Numbered from the stretch's first letter, positions 38,338 to 51,294 are shown. The stretch is DNA of 64,000 bases from Eledone cirrhosa (GCA_964016885.1 OZ024741.1:219046001-219110000); one strand, 5' to 3'. Translations and numbers: made by a program. Notes: generated by a model not told the origin, from the sequence alone.

Positions 38338-38939
38338 ATCATCATCATCATCATCATCATCAGGTTTAGCGTCCGTGTTCCACGCTTGCATGGGTTTGGA
38401 CGGGGGTTTTCCCACTTGAGGCAAGAGTGGTTGTCTTGCTCGCATAGGACTGTCTGGCGGGTTTTCTACAGTTGGATGCCCTTCCTAACACCAACCACAT
38501 TTACAGTGTGGGGCTGGGAGGTTTTTACCGTGTTGCCTACACGGCCACATTACAGCGTGGACTGTCTGGCGGGTTTTCTACAGCTGGATGCCCTTCCTAA
38601 CACCAACCACATTTACAGTGTGGGGCTGGGAGGTTTTTACCGTGTTGCCTACACGGCCACATTTACAGCGTGGACTGTGTGTTTTTTTGTCGTGACACCT
38701 ACACGATCTCATTTGTTTCGGCCTGGATGTTGTGGGGCCAACATAACTGTACATTGAAAGGGGCGGTGTGGATGGGGGGGGGGTGTTTTGATAGAGATGC
38801 CTACTGACTGTAGTAGGTTTTTACTTTGTATTTAGGTAAGGCGGGTCTTCTCTATTACTGAGTACCGCCAAAGGTCTCGGTCCAGTGACATTGTCTTGGA
38901 GAGGTGTAAGCGTGTGAGGTCGGAATTTATCAGCTCGTC

Positions 38940-38942
<3 letters not shown>
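38338..38942 (-). mobile_element. RTE copy 2 (3' UTR only, internal ~117-bp tandem duplication)
   Basis: Similar to 35737-36235. Confidence 0.9.
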
Positions 38943-38979
<37 letters not shown>

Positions 38980-38983
<4 letters not shown>

Positions 38984-41102
38984 TCATCATCGTCGTTTAA
39001 CATCCATTTTCCACGCTAGCATGGGTTAGACGGGAATTGCCCCATTTGAGGCAAGGTTCGTCGGGTGACCGTGTCTCGCTCATATAGGACTATCTGGCGG
39101 TTTTCTACGACTGGATGCCCTTCCTAACACCAACCACATTTACAGTGTGGAACTGGGAACTTTTTACCGTGTTCCCTACATGGCCACATTACAGCATGGA
39201 CTGTGTGTTTTTTTCTCGTGACACCTACACGATCTCGATCACATTATCTCATTTATTTGGACTGGATGTTGTGGTACCAACTTTACAGAGAGAGGGTGGT
39301 GTTGGTGGGAGTGGGAGGATAGGGTAGGGTAGTGGATTGGGGTGTATATTTGGTTAAGAGGTGCCTACTGATTGTAGTAGGTTTCACTTTGTACGTAGGC
39401 AAGGCGGGTCTTCTGTATTACTGCATAGCGCCAAAGTTCTCGGTCCAGTGACATTGTCTGAGAGAGGTGCAAGTGTGTAAGGTCGGAATTTATCAGATCG
39501 TCTCAGGTTTTTCTGGGTCTACCTACTCCGTAACTACCATCAATTTTGATCGGCCTGCACTTTTTTATACAACTGTCGTCCTTCATGCGCATCACGTGGC
39601 AATACCAACGTAGTCTTCTCTCGAGTAAACAGCATCTGATCCCTCTTATTCCTAATTTCTCACTTAGTTCATTTATGCTTTGCCATTCACGTATATTACT
39701 ATTACACATCCAACGGAGCATGCATGCTTCGTTCCTTTCCAGTCTGCGCAGTTCCTCTGCATGCAATGCCCATGTCTCACTGCCATGTAGCATTGCTGTT
39801 TGTATACAAGCATCATACAATCTGCCTTTCATTTTTAGTGAGAAACCTTTTGTGGCCAACAGCAGTATAAGCTCTCTGAACTTTTTCCACCCCGTTCTGA
39901 CTCTGGCTACTGTACTTTCAGAACACACTCCACCACTGCTGATTTCGTCACCCAGGTAACGGAAAGTGTCTACTATTTCTATAGAACCATCTGGGCAATA
40001 GAAGGAGCTAGTATCCTGTGGACACTTGCTACTTATTGCACCTGAGCATCGGCCACATATAAAGTCTACGTTCTTAGATAGTTTACCTGTGATCCCACTA
40101 CATCTTTTTTGTACCCATACTTTGCATTTTAGGACATAAAATTGAATTTCTGCCTTCTCCTTTCCTACACACTGAGCATGGCCATTTCCCTGAGGGTACC
40201 TGTGCCTTATTTTCCTTTCTACAAACTAGGACTTTAGTCTTAGACAAGTTAACTTTAAGGCCTTTTGATTCTAGGCCATGCTTCCATATTTGGAATTATT
40301 CTCTAGTTCAGCCATTGATTCAGCTATGAGCGTTAGATCATCTGCGTATAGGAGTTCCCATGGGCAGCCGGTCTTGAACTCCTCTGTTATAGCCTGTAGG
40401 GCAATAATAAATAGGAGGGGGCCAAGGACAGAGCCTTGGTGAACACCAACTTTTACACTAAATTCTTCACAATATTCATTGTTAATTCTAACCTTACTGA
40501 CTGTTTCATTATACATAGCTTGTATAGCTCTCACAAGCCATTCATCTACACCTAGTTTTCTAAGAGCCCACCAGATAATGGAGCAAGGGACTCTGTCAAA
40601 AGCTTTCTCCAGGTCTACAAAGGCTAAGTATAGGGGTTTACTTTTAGCTAGGTACTTCTCTTGTAGTTGTCGTACAGGGAAAAGAACGTCTGTGGTACTT
40701 TTACCTGACACAAACCCAAACTGCATTTCATCTAGATCAATTCGCTCTCTGATTAGTTGCGCTATAACTCTTTCTGTGACCTTCATGACCTGGTCAACTA
40801 ACTTAATGCCTCTATAGTTTCCTCTATCTAGAGCATCTCCTTTACCCTTGTAGCAGTTAATGATGATGCTGCTACATCGGTCTTTTGGTATGACCCCATT
40901 CTGTATTACTTGGTTAACTATACGGGTGACCATAGTATGTCCCACCATTCCAGATGCCTTCAACATCTCAGCAACTATCTCCGAAGGCCCAGCTGCCTTG
41001 CCTGTCTTTATATCTTTGATTGCCTTACTTATTATACTACCTTTAACTTGCACCGCTGCTCCTTCTATTGGATCGATTTGGGGCAGACTATCTTTTTCCC
41101 AC
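38980..41102 (-). mobile_element. RTE copy 3 (RT, frameshifted)
   Basis: ORFs 40271..41053 and 39503..39928. Confidence 0.95.
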
Positions 41103-41139
41103 TATATATATATGTATATGTATATATGTATATATATAA

Positions 41140-41278
41140 CAAAGGAATTGTGGTAAGGAACTAGATGGACCATAACGCACCAGAGTACTGAATACTTAGG
41201 GTAGTAGAGTTGGAAATAGGAAAAAGTATGATCTCGACGGCAGAGCTCAAGCCGTTTCAACGGCTATTTCTGGACTAA
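41140..41278 (-). repeat. 3' half of hammerhead family D plus the element 3' end
   Basis: Minus strand TAGCCGTT-GAAACGGC-TTGAGCTCT-GCCGTC-GAGATC..TCCTTACCACAATTCCTTT; rearranged relatives at 13018-13110, 14841-14933 and 54938-55053. Confidence 0.65.
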
Positions 41279-41312
<34 letters not shown>

Positions 41313-41314
<2 letters not shown>

Positions 41315-42478
41315 CATCATCATCATCATCATCGTTTAATGTCCATTTTCCATGCTTGCATGAGTTTGGACAGGAGTTTTCCCACTTGAGGCAAGAGTGG
41401 TTGTCTTGCTCGCATAGGACTGTCTGGCAGGTTTTCTATGGCTGGATGCCCTTCCTAACACCAACCACGTTTACAGTGTGGACTGGGAGGTTTTTACTGT
41501 GTTACCTACACGGCCACATTACAGCGTGGACTGTGTGTTTTTCGTCGTGACACCTACACAACCTCATTTGTTTCGGACTGGATGTTGTGGTACCAACATA
41601 ACTTTACATTGAAAGGGGTGGTGTGGATGGGGTGGGGGTAGTGGGACTGGATGTATTTTTGCTAGAGGTGCCTACTGACTGTAGTAGGTTTCACTTTGTA
41701 CTTAGGAAAGGCGGGTCTTCTGTATAACTGTGTAGCGCCAAAGCTCTCAGTCCAGTGACATTGTCTTGGAGAGGTGCAAGTGTGTGAGGTCGGAATTTAT
41801 CAAGTCGTCCCAGGTTTTTCTGGGTCTGCCTACTCCATGGCTACCATCTATTTTTATTGCCCTGCACTTTTTTATACAGCTGTCGTCTTTCATGCGCATC
41901 ACGTGACCGTACCAATGTAGTCTTCTCTCGAGTAAACAACATCTGATCCCTCTTATTCCTAATTTCTCCCTTAGTTCGTTTATGCTTTGCCGTTCACGTA
42001 TATTACTATTACACATCCAGCGGAGCATGCAAGCTTCGTTCCTCTCCAGTCTGCGTATATCCTCTGCACACAATGCCCATGTCTCACTGCCATGTAACAT
42101 TGCTGTTCGTATGCAAGCATCATACAGCCTGCCTTTCATTTTTAGAGAGAACCCTTTAGCGGCTAATAGTGGTATAAACTCTCTGAACTTTTTCCATCCA
42201 GTTCTGACTCTAGCTACTGTACTTTCAGAGGACCCTCCACCAATGCTGATTTTGTCACCCAGGTAACGGAAGGTGTCCACTATTTCTATAGAACCATCTG
42301 TGCAATGGAATGAGCTAGTATTCTGTGGGCACTTGCTGCTACTTATTGCACCAGAGCACCGGCCACATATAAAATCTATATTCTTAGTTAGCTTACCTGT
42401 GATCCCACTACATCTTTTATGCACCCATACTTTGCATTTGGGACATAAAATGGAGTTTCTGCCTACTCCTTTCCTACA
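41313..42478 (-). mobile_element. RTE copy 4
   Basis: ORF 41747..42424 plus 3' UTR. Confidence 0.93.
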
Positions 42479-42523
42479 TATATATATATATATATGTATA
42501 TATATGTATATACGTATATATAT

Positions 42524-43108
42524 ATCATCATCATCAACATCATCGTTTAACGTCCATCTTCCACGCTTGCATGGGTTTGGACAGGAGTTTTCCCACTTGA
42601 GTCAAGATTGGTTGTCCTGCTCATATAGGACTGTCTGGCGGGTTTTCTATGGCTGGATGCTTTTCCTAACACCAACCACGTTTACAGTGTGGACTGGGAG
42701 GTTTTTTCCGTGTTACCTACATGGCCACATTACAGCGTGGACTGTTTGTTTTTTTATCGTGACACCTACACGTCTGGCGGGTTTTCTACGGCTGGGTGCC
42801 CTTCACAACACCAACCACGTTTACAGTGTGGACTGGGAGGTTTTTACCGTGTTACCTACACGGCCACATTACAGCGTGGACTGTGTGTTCTTTTGTTGTG
42901 ACACCTACACAACCTCATTTGTTTCGGACTGGATGTTGTGGTACCAACATAACTTCACATTTAAGGGGGTGGTGTGGATGGGGTGGGGGTAGTGGGACGG
43001 GGGTGTATTTTGTTAGAGGTGCCTACTGACTGTAGGTTTTGCTTTGTACTTAGGCAAGGCGGGTCTTCTGTATAACTGTGTAGCACCAAAGATCTCGGTC
43101 CAGTGGCA
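42524..43108 (-). mobile_element. RTE copy 5 (3' UTR, internal duplication)
   Basis: Similar to the copy 1 3' UTR. Confidence 0.9.
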
Positions 43109-43141
43109 TGTATATATATATATATGTATATATATATATAC

Positions 43142-43174
<33 letters not shown>

Positions 43175-43628
43175 CATATGTATATATATATACATATGTA
43201 TATATATCATCATCATCATCACTGTTTTACGTCCATTTTCCCACACTCGCATGGGTTAGACAAGTTGTCCTGTTGTGGGCAATGCTAAGTCAGGTGACCA
43301 TGTATTGCTCAAACAGAACTGATTTTAGCTTGTTTTCTACAGCTGCATGCTCTTCCTAATGCCAACCTTATTTATATATATATATATATATGTGTGTGTA
43401 TGTACATACTGTATATATACATATGTACATATGTATACAAGTGTGAGTACCAGCACAGGTGCTGCACACACACAGCAACAGATCTCTTGCAACTCTGAAA
43501 CTTTCTGTTATAGACCCCCCCCCCCCCCCACCACCACCATCCCAAGTTCACTCTGTAACTTTCCCCCTCCTCCCTAAACCACAACTTATTTCTTCACTTA
43601 TTTGACATGTCAATCAAATTAGGTCCTT

Positions 43629-43724
43629 GCCCCTGAGGAGATAGCATTTCCAAATAACTGAAAAATGCACAAATAATTCAGTTATCCACTCGCCATCAAA
43701 ACGGCTTGAGCTCCACCGACGGGC
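43629..43724 (+). ncRNA. Type-I hammerhead motif, family D, full-length but with two core mutations
   Basis: GCCC-CTGAGGA-GATAGC..ATAACTGAA..TTCAGTTAT..GCCATC-aAAACGG..CCGaC-GGGC. Confidence 0.65.
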
Positions 43725-43770
43725 ACTATGTACAATATATGTATGTATATGAATATGTATATATATATAT

Positions 43771-44036
43771 GGAGGCACATGGCTTAGTGGTTAGAGCATT
43801 GGCCTTGCAATCGAAAGGTTGTGAGTTCAATTCTCAGACCGGGTGATGTGTTGTTTCCTTGAGCATTCCACTGCAAAGTGGTCATGGAGGTGCCACAGCA
43901 AAAAAGCACCCAGCACTCACTGTAAATGAGGTTGGTGTTAGGAAGGGCATCCAGCTGTAGAAATCAAGCCAGAATCAGTTCCCGTCCCACCCTTGCAAGC
44001 AGGGAAAAGTGGACGTAAAATGAAATGAAATGAAAT
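43771..44036 (+). mobile_element. tRNA/CORE SINE with internal deletion
   Basis: 9166 family lacking most of the CORE segment. Confidence 0.9.
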
Positions 44037-44275
44037 ATGTATATATAAATACGATTATATGATTATATATATATGTATATATATATATATATATGTGTGT
44101 GTATATACCGTTATTCCCTGATTTGCTTAGAGTGTAATCATAGGGTTAAATCTTCTCCTTTGCCGATGATTTAACATCTATGATTCCCTGATTAATGGAA
44201 TATATACAAAGGAGACTAATCATTATTGCAAGGTTCTTATATTCAAGGTTCTTGTTAATTTTTAATATGTTACCT

Positions 44276-44325
<50 letters not shown>

Positions 44326-44417
44326 TTAATTGTTTGCTAAAATAATCAAATTAAATTAATTCAACAGTTAAAGACACAGGAATAATAAGGTTGTTACCAA
44401 AGGGGCAGAAGATTGAC

Positions 44418-44861
44418 AAGTCGACCCTAAATATTACTAATAGCTCTAGGAAAGCCATGAATGACACCACAACTTTTTAACTTTGATATTGAAAGTAGAT
44501 TTATGATTATCAATTTTCATTATACTTTTGTAGCTGTCTCAGTGGCCTAGTTGGATGAATCATAGACGGGGTTGATCCTAGTCTGAAGTTCGATCCTGGT
44601 CGGGAGTAGGGTTCCCGGTAAACCTTTTCAGTTTTCTTCTATTGGTTGTAAAATAAAAACTGAAAAAGGTTACATGTACCTCTTGACCAGGATTGAACCC
44701 AAAGCCAGGATCACTAGTACGTACCACTAGGCCACAGCAACAAATACAAAAATCTTATGAAAATTCATACTTATAAACCTACTTTCAAAATTTTCAAAAC
44801 AAAGTGTTGTGGTGTCGTTCATATCTTTCTTAATGTTATTGCTCCTACTTAAGGTCGACTT
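44418..44861. mobile_element. Old fold-back element with a tRNA-like A/B-box segment in each arm
   Basis: AAGTCGACC/GGTCGACTT, GACACCACAAC/TGTTGTGGTGTC, TGGCCTAGTTGG..GTTCGATCC versus GGATTGAAC..CCACTAGGCCA, CCTTTTCAGTTTT/AAAACTGAAAAAGG. Confidence 0.65.
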
Positions 44862-44961
44862 CTAAATCATTTGGGTGTTCCGCCACTGTGTATATATATA
44901 TATATATATATGACAGATCCCACTGGATCAACAAAAAATCTGAGGCCCCTTCGACGTTAGC

Positions 44962-46161
44962 ATGGGTGCTAGCGACTCAGCTGAGATTAGTGACCTTGTG
45001 GGTCTGTTCATCCTCCACAGGTTGAAGACCCTCTTCACAGGCCTCTCCGGCGGTCTCTACCGAGATGACGGCCTCTTTGCCCTCCACAAAATCAACCCCA
45101 GGACCACGGATGGGTTCAGGAAAAACCTTTACACCTTCTTTAAAAACTTAGGCCTTAGGATTACCTTAGATTCGAACTTAACTAAAGCTAACTTCCTAGA
45201 CGTTACCCTCCACTTAGAAACTTCCCTTTACTACCCGTACCACAAACCTAATGAATCCCTTAGATATATAGACGTTAATTCTAACCACCCCAAAAATATA
45301 TTAGACAACCTAGTAAAAAGTGTGTCCATTAGGATATCTAGCCTCGCCGCCAATGAAGATATCTTTAGAGCAGCAGCCCCCTATTACAACGAGGCCCTGG
45401 CCCGCAGCGGCTTTAGAGATAAGATCACCTACCTAACTATAGCCCCACGCCCACCAAGGAAGAATAGGCGAAGGCACATTAGCTGGTACAACCCCCCCTT
45501 CAACCGAGAAGTTTCAACACCTGTAGCTAAAATTTTCTTCACTCTCTTACAAAAACACTTCCCCACCCAACATAGGTACTATATTATCCTTAATAAGAAT
45601 ACCATTAGACTCTCTTACTCTACCACACCTAATCTAGCTAGAAACTTAGCCAACAACAACATCAAGAAGCTAAATAAGTCTACTTTTTCTGAAGCCCATC
45701 CAGCAACCGATAGCAACTGCAATTGCCCTGATAAGACGACCTGCCCTCTCAACAACAACTGTCTAAAAAAAGATCTCGTGTATACATGCGATGTACTCTC
45801 AGGCCCCGATGAAAAAAGAAACTCGTACATCGGGATGACTTCTAATAGTTTTAAGACTCGCTGGTACGCCCACACACATTCGTTCCGGCGCCCAGACAAA
45901 TCTAACCAAACTACACTCGCCGCCCACATCTGGCACCTAAAAAGGAACTCCATCCCCTTCAAGACCCAATGGAGACTACTCCAGAGAGCGCGATCATACA
46001 CGGGAGGCCATAATTGCTGTGACCTCTGTATCTCCGAGAGCTATGAGATTCTATTCGCCAAAGGCCCTCTCCTCAACAAGATCTCGGAACACTCCCCTAA
46101 TTGCATGCACAAGAACTATGCAAATTACAAAAACTACAGACCCCCCCGGTCCCCCGACTGA
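44962..46161 (+). CDS. Penelope-like element (Naiad-type) RT C-terminal half plus GIY-YIG endonuclease; open frame but 5'-truncated near 44912
   Basis: (FDVS)MGASDSAEISDLVG, GLYRDDGL, NFLDVTL, YIDVNSNHP, WYNPPF, LSYS, CNC..CPL..CL..LVY, YIGMTSNSFKTRW..H, CDLCISE, CMH. Confidence 0.92.
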   Translation: MGASDSAEISDLVGLFILHRLKTLFTGLSGGLYRDDGLFALHKINPRTTDGFRKNLYTFFKNLGLRITLDSNLTKANFLDVTLHLETSLYYPYHKPNESLRYIDVNSNHPKNILDNLVKSVSIRISSLAANEDIFRAAAPYYNEALARSGFRDKITYLTIAPRPPRKNRRRHISWYNPPFNREVSTPVAKIFFTLLQKHFPTQHRYYIILNKNTIRLSYSTTPNLARNLANNNIKKLNKSTFSEAHPATDSNCNCPDKTTCPLNNNCLKKDLVYTCDVLSGPDEKRNSYIGMTSNSFKTRWYAHTHSFRRPDKSNQTTLAAHIWHLKRNSIPFKTQWRLLQRARSYTGGHNCCDLCISESYEILFAKGPLLNKISEHSPNCMHKNYANYKNYRPPRSPD

Positions 46162-46399
46162 CCCCCCCCCCATATCACCACCCACCCCGGCCCCCCATCC
46201 CATTTCCGTCCCTCCATCTCTCATTATTACCCTCTTTCCTCCCCTCTATCTCTCATTATTACCTTCTTTCCTCCCCTCCAGGTCTTATATATTGCGTTGT
46301 ATGCCTCTGAGTAAAGTTCCGTGGCTGCACACACAAATTCACGTATATACCTGCTCATGTTTGCATACGTGCAGTTATGAACTGCTGCACGCACACGTT

Positions 46400-46971
46400 C
46401 ATGATTTATTTATCTATTTAACTGTATATTTATTTATTTATTTATTTTATTTATTTATTTAGTTACTTTATTTACTTATTTATTTATTTATCTATTTATT
46501 TATTTATTTGTTTATTTATTTACTTATTTACTGGTTTATTTGTTTATCTGTTTTTTTGTTTGTTTGTTTGTTAGTTAACTCATTCATTTATTTATTAATT
46601 TATGAGCGAATGATTAGGTAATGAATAGATAAAAGATAAAAGATAGGTAACGAATAGTGAATGGTAAATAATAAGTAATAGATAATAAATAATAAATAGT
46701 AATTAATTACTTGATGATAATATTAATAACTTAATAGTGACTTTAATTATTTTAATCCTCTATCAGGCCCAGTTTAAATTTAAAATTTAAAATTTAAAAT
46801 TCGTCCCACTACCTCATATTATAGACACATGTATGAGTGCGAACGAGTGTGTGTTTGTGCATATGCGTTTATGTGTACTTATTTGTATGTATGTATGTGT
46901 ATGCATGCGTGTTTGCTTGTAAATGTGTATGTGTGTGTATGTATATATGTATATGTATGTGTGTATATATA

Positions 46972-47026
<55 letters not shown>

Positions 47027-47036
47027 ATGTGTATAA

Positions 47037-47090
<54 letters not shown>

Positions 47091-47317
47091 TTATATATGT
47101 ATGTGTGTGTGTATGTGTATATATGTATATATATGTGTGAATGTATGTGTTTGTGTGTGTGTATATATATATGTATGTGTATGTATGTGTGTGCATATGT
47201 ATGTATATGTGTATGTATGTATGTGTGTGTGTGTGTGTATATGTATGTGTGTGTATGTGTATGTGTATGCGCACACATATGTGTGTGTGTGTATGTGTGT
47301 GTGAATGTGTAGGTGTG

Positions 47318-47381
<64 letters not shown>

Positions 47382-47720
47382 TGTGTATGTGTGTGCAAGT
47401 GTTTTTGTATGTGGTTGTGAGTATGTAAATATATTTTATTCTTTCCATTCTACAAAAACACTCTGGCCACCTGTGGCTTGTATGTTAACTTGAACACTCA
47501 CCCCAGTCTGTGCCAGTCTTGTTAAATGTTTAATTTCTATTACCAACCCACCTAAAAAATTTCCCTACTATATATTTGTTGAATTACTTTTTTTATTTAT
47601 TTATTTTTATTTTATTTTATTTTATTTTATTTTATTTTTTTTTTTTTTATTTATTTATTCATTTATCTATTTATTTATACATTTATTAATTTATTTACTT
47701 ATTTATTTATTTCAAAAAGC
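46400..47720. repeat. (TTTA)n and (TA/TG)n microsatellite tracts downstream of the PLE ORF
   Basis: Visible directly. Confidence 0.9.
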
Positions 47721-47807
47721 ACTCTGGCTAATTGACCACTCCCCAAAGAAAAAACGGCCTGTGCCATGAAGTGGTCCTATGTATCTAAATATACACACTG
47801 TAGAAGA

Positions 47808-48018
47808 CCAGCAGTCACCCATGCATACCAGTCTCCTCTCTCCACACCACCGATGTTGTCCAAGGGACCAGTGATGTCACAACTCATTTCTACAGATGAG
47901 TAAACTGGAGCAATGTGAAATAAAGTGTCTTGCTCAAGGACACAATGCATCATCTGGTCTGAGACTTGAACTCACAACCTCTCGATTGCAAGCCCAATGC
48001 TCTAACCACTACGTCATA
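47808..48018 (-). mobile_element. tRNA/CORE SINE with an alternative tail
   Basis: Same head and CORE as 9166, but the 3' part matches 59445-59545. Confidence 0.82.
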
Positions 48019-48039
48019 CACCATCACACACACATACGC

Positions 48040-48081
<42 letters not shown>

Positions 48082-48088
48082 ATATAAA

Positions 48089-48132
<44 letters not shown>

Positions 48133-48206
48133 CTGTACTGATTGTGTTGTTATTTCTGTTTACCTTACATATATATATATGTATATATATATATGTATGT
48201 ATGTAT

Positions 48207-48277
48207 ATATGCATAGGAATAACTTAACAACTAGACAAATTAGGGAAGCTACAGAAATAGAATTAAGAAAACCCACA
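48207..48277 (+). pseudogene. Tiny PLE GIY-YIG C-terminal fragment
   Basis: [21 protein letters not shown] versus HRNDPAVRKIREASEIELRRP at ~16600-16660 (minus). Confidence 0.7.
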
Positions 48278-48740
48278 GATATATACACATACATACATAT
48301 ACACATACATACACTCACACACACATATATATATATATATACATGCACATACATATATACATACATATGTATATATATATGTATGTATGTATATATATGT
48401 ATGTATGTGTGTATATATATATAGGTGTGGGTGTGTGTGTGTGTGTGTGCATGTGTGTATATATATATATATATATACACACACATACATGCATATATAT
48501 ATAAGTATAATCCAGCAATCATTGTCCCTGCTATTGATATTGTCCCATATTTCCTGTCATGGCTACTATAAATAAAAGTGAGGAAGAAGGAAAGGAAATG
48601 TTTGCGACAGATTCTCTAGTTGCATTTATCATTCCTGGAGACTAAATACACCAATATTTACTGCAATGTATATATAGTAATTTTTAGTATACATACATAT
48701 CCACACACGCACACACACATATATATATATGTATATATAT

Positions 48741-51240
48741 TCTTTTACTCTTTTACTCTTTTACTCTTTTACCTGTTCCATCCATCTGGCTGAGACCATG
48801 CTGGGGCACCACCCTTCTTGCTACACATTTTATCTCCAGCCTGTATTGGTTGGCCACTGGTGTAGGAGGGAGTTTGTTGTTGCTGCACTTAGGATTCCCT
48901 TGTGCCTTGCTGTGGGCTCATCCGGGATCCTGGATAACAAGGTGTCGTGATGTTTCTTGAAGACATCCACCTCCACACCATGCAGATCTCTCAGATCCCT
49001 CGGCAGCTTGTTGAAGAGTTGAGGGCCCTTGAATCCCAGGCTATTGCAATATCTGCTCCTTATTCTAGATGTGGAAAACGGGACCTTTGGCACCACACAG
49101 TGACGTCCTGTTCGAAGGTTGATCCAGCTCCCAATGCCAAAGTTTGGTGCTAGTCCCTCCAGGATTTTCGACATGTAGATCACTACATATCTCTCCCATA
49201 TTCGTTCCAAGGAGTAGAGGTTCAGTTCTTTTAGCCTCTCCCAGTAGCTTGTCTCCCTCATCGTGGCAATCCTCTTGGTGTAGCTTTGCTGGATTGCCTC
49301 AAGCTCCGTGGTTAGTTTGACACTATGGGGTGACCACAACTGGGAGTAATAGTCTAGGTGGCTTAGGACAAATGTCCTCCATAGTGTCAACATGGTGTCT
49401 CAGTTACTTGTCCGGAAAGCCCGCAAGATGCAGCCAGTGAGTCGACTGCACATTGTCGCCACTTTCATGATGCGTGAGGAAAAAGATGCATCATCGCTCA
49501 TGTCTATACCCAGGTCTCATATCGATTTTGACACGGGGATATTGGTCCCTCCTGGTCTTGTGTAATTGTGTTGTACTATATTTGTGTTTGCAGGTTTGTT
49601 TGGAGGTTTGTATTGTAGGGCTTGGAATTTGCCAGTATTAAACTGCATGTGGTTTTCTTCCACCCATTTGTATATGGCATCCAGATCTTGTTGTAAAAGG
49701 GCAGCATCAGCCGGATTTTTGATTGCCTGTGCTACCTTAGTGTCATCAGCATAGCTAGTGAGGGATGTTGTTGTATGTACTACAGAGGGCATGTCTGAGA
49801 GAGCCACAAAAAACAGTAGTGGTCCCAGGACTGTCCCTTGAGGTACTCCACTTGTTATTGATGTTTCCTTTGAGAGGGCCCCGTTTGCAGTGACTGCCTG
49901 GCTTCTGTCCTTTAAGAAGTTATGCAGCCACTCACCTACTTTTCCAGTTATGCCGAGTCCATGTAGTTTGTGACATATTCCGCGGTCGACCTTGTCAAAG
50001 GCCTTCGCAAAGTCAAGATACATCACGTCCACATGTGAGCTGTCTAGCAGTTGTTTCAGTACCCAGTCGTAGTGAAGTAACAGCTGTGTAAGGCAGCTTC
50101 TTCCTGGGCGGAAACCATGCTGCGTGCTAGTCAGGCACTCATTTTCCTCGAGGAAAGTGATCAGTTTCTTTCTGACAACTCGCTCCATGACCTTACTGAT
50201 ATGCGACATCAGGGAGACTGGCCTATAGTTTTTGGCCTCTGCTCTGCTACCTCCTTTATGGATAGGGCATATTGTGCCTTCTTTCAGCTCCCTGGGTAGT
50301 ATACCGCTAGCCAAGGAGCTTCTGAAAAGCATCTTCAGTGGAGTTGCTAAGGCCCGCTTACATGTTTTTAAGAGGACTGCTGGGAATCCATCAGGTCCAG
50401 CAGCTGAGTCTGTTCTAATTTCATCTATGGCATATACCACATCCTCCTCCGTTATGTCTATGTGGTTGATGGTCGCCATTTCTTCATGTAGTGTTGTGGC
50501 ATCAAAGAACTCCTCTGGCTGTGTTATTTGCATGTGCCTCAGTGGACATGTGAACACACTTTTGTACTGTTCATTCAATATTTCACTTATCTCTTGGGGA
50601 TTCTCGGTTAATGAACCGTCTGTATGGAAGAGTGGCTCAATCTTGCAGTGTACTGAGGCAGTTTCTTTTGCAAATTTAAAGAAGGCTTTAGGGTTTGTTT
50701 TAATATTTTCTATGGCCCTGCTTTCTTTCTTTGCCCTCTCATTTTCATGGGAAAGTTTGAGTGCAATCTCGGTGTCAAGTAGTGCACGTTTCAAATAGGG
50801 TTCCTTCTTGTTTTTGTTTTCTTGTTGTGAATTCAACTGGTTTGAGAGCTTGCTTCTATGTCTCATAAGGATTTTCCTATCTCTGGGAATAAGATTTTTG
50901 TGTCTGTTTGCCTTTTTCTCTGGGACAAACTTTTTCCATATAGTGTATATCATTATCATGAAGTGTTGAAATTGTGTGTTAGTGTCTTGTGTGGCGGTGT
51001 TTTCGCTCCATGTTTGCTTCCGGATTACTCTCTTAATCTTATTCCAGTTCGCCTTGTAGAAGTTAAGGCTGGATAATGTCCCGGTGCTTCTTGATGGTTG
51101 TGTCTCTGTTGGTTCTCTTGGACCACATATCATTAGTTCTACTAAGTTATGATCCGAGAAAATTGTTGGTATCACCTTTACATTGTGGATGAGCACTTCA
51201 TTGTTTGTAAAACAGAGGTCCAGGACATGTTGGCTTCTGT
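48741..51240 (-). mobile_element. CR1/L2-group LINE (end of APE, RT, 3' UTR, (GAGTAAAA)n tail), 5'-truncated
   Basis: LDLCFTN..SDHNLV, AAGPDGFP, KNYRPVSL, QHGFRPGRSCLTQL, YLDFAKAFDKV, SGVPQGTVLGPLLF, YADDTK, LDYYSQLWSP; the first ~30 aa of the 606-aa ORF come from flanking repeat. Confidence 0.95.
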
Positions 51241-51263
51241 GCCTATGTAAAAAAAATCCATCT

Positions 51264-51294
<31 letters not shown>

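Noticed and set aside
44962-46161. Selenocysteine recoding in the Naiad-type ORF
   Set aside because: No in-frame TGA at the conserved Cys positions in the part present, and no SECIS recognised.
46814-47493. Many YI/HT/CV-rich ORFs here and throughout the window
   Set aside because: Translations of (TA)n, (CA)n and (TG)n microsatellites.
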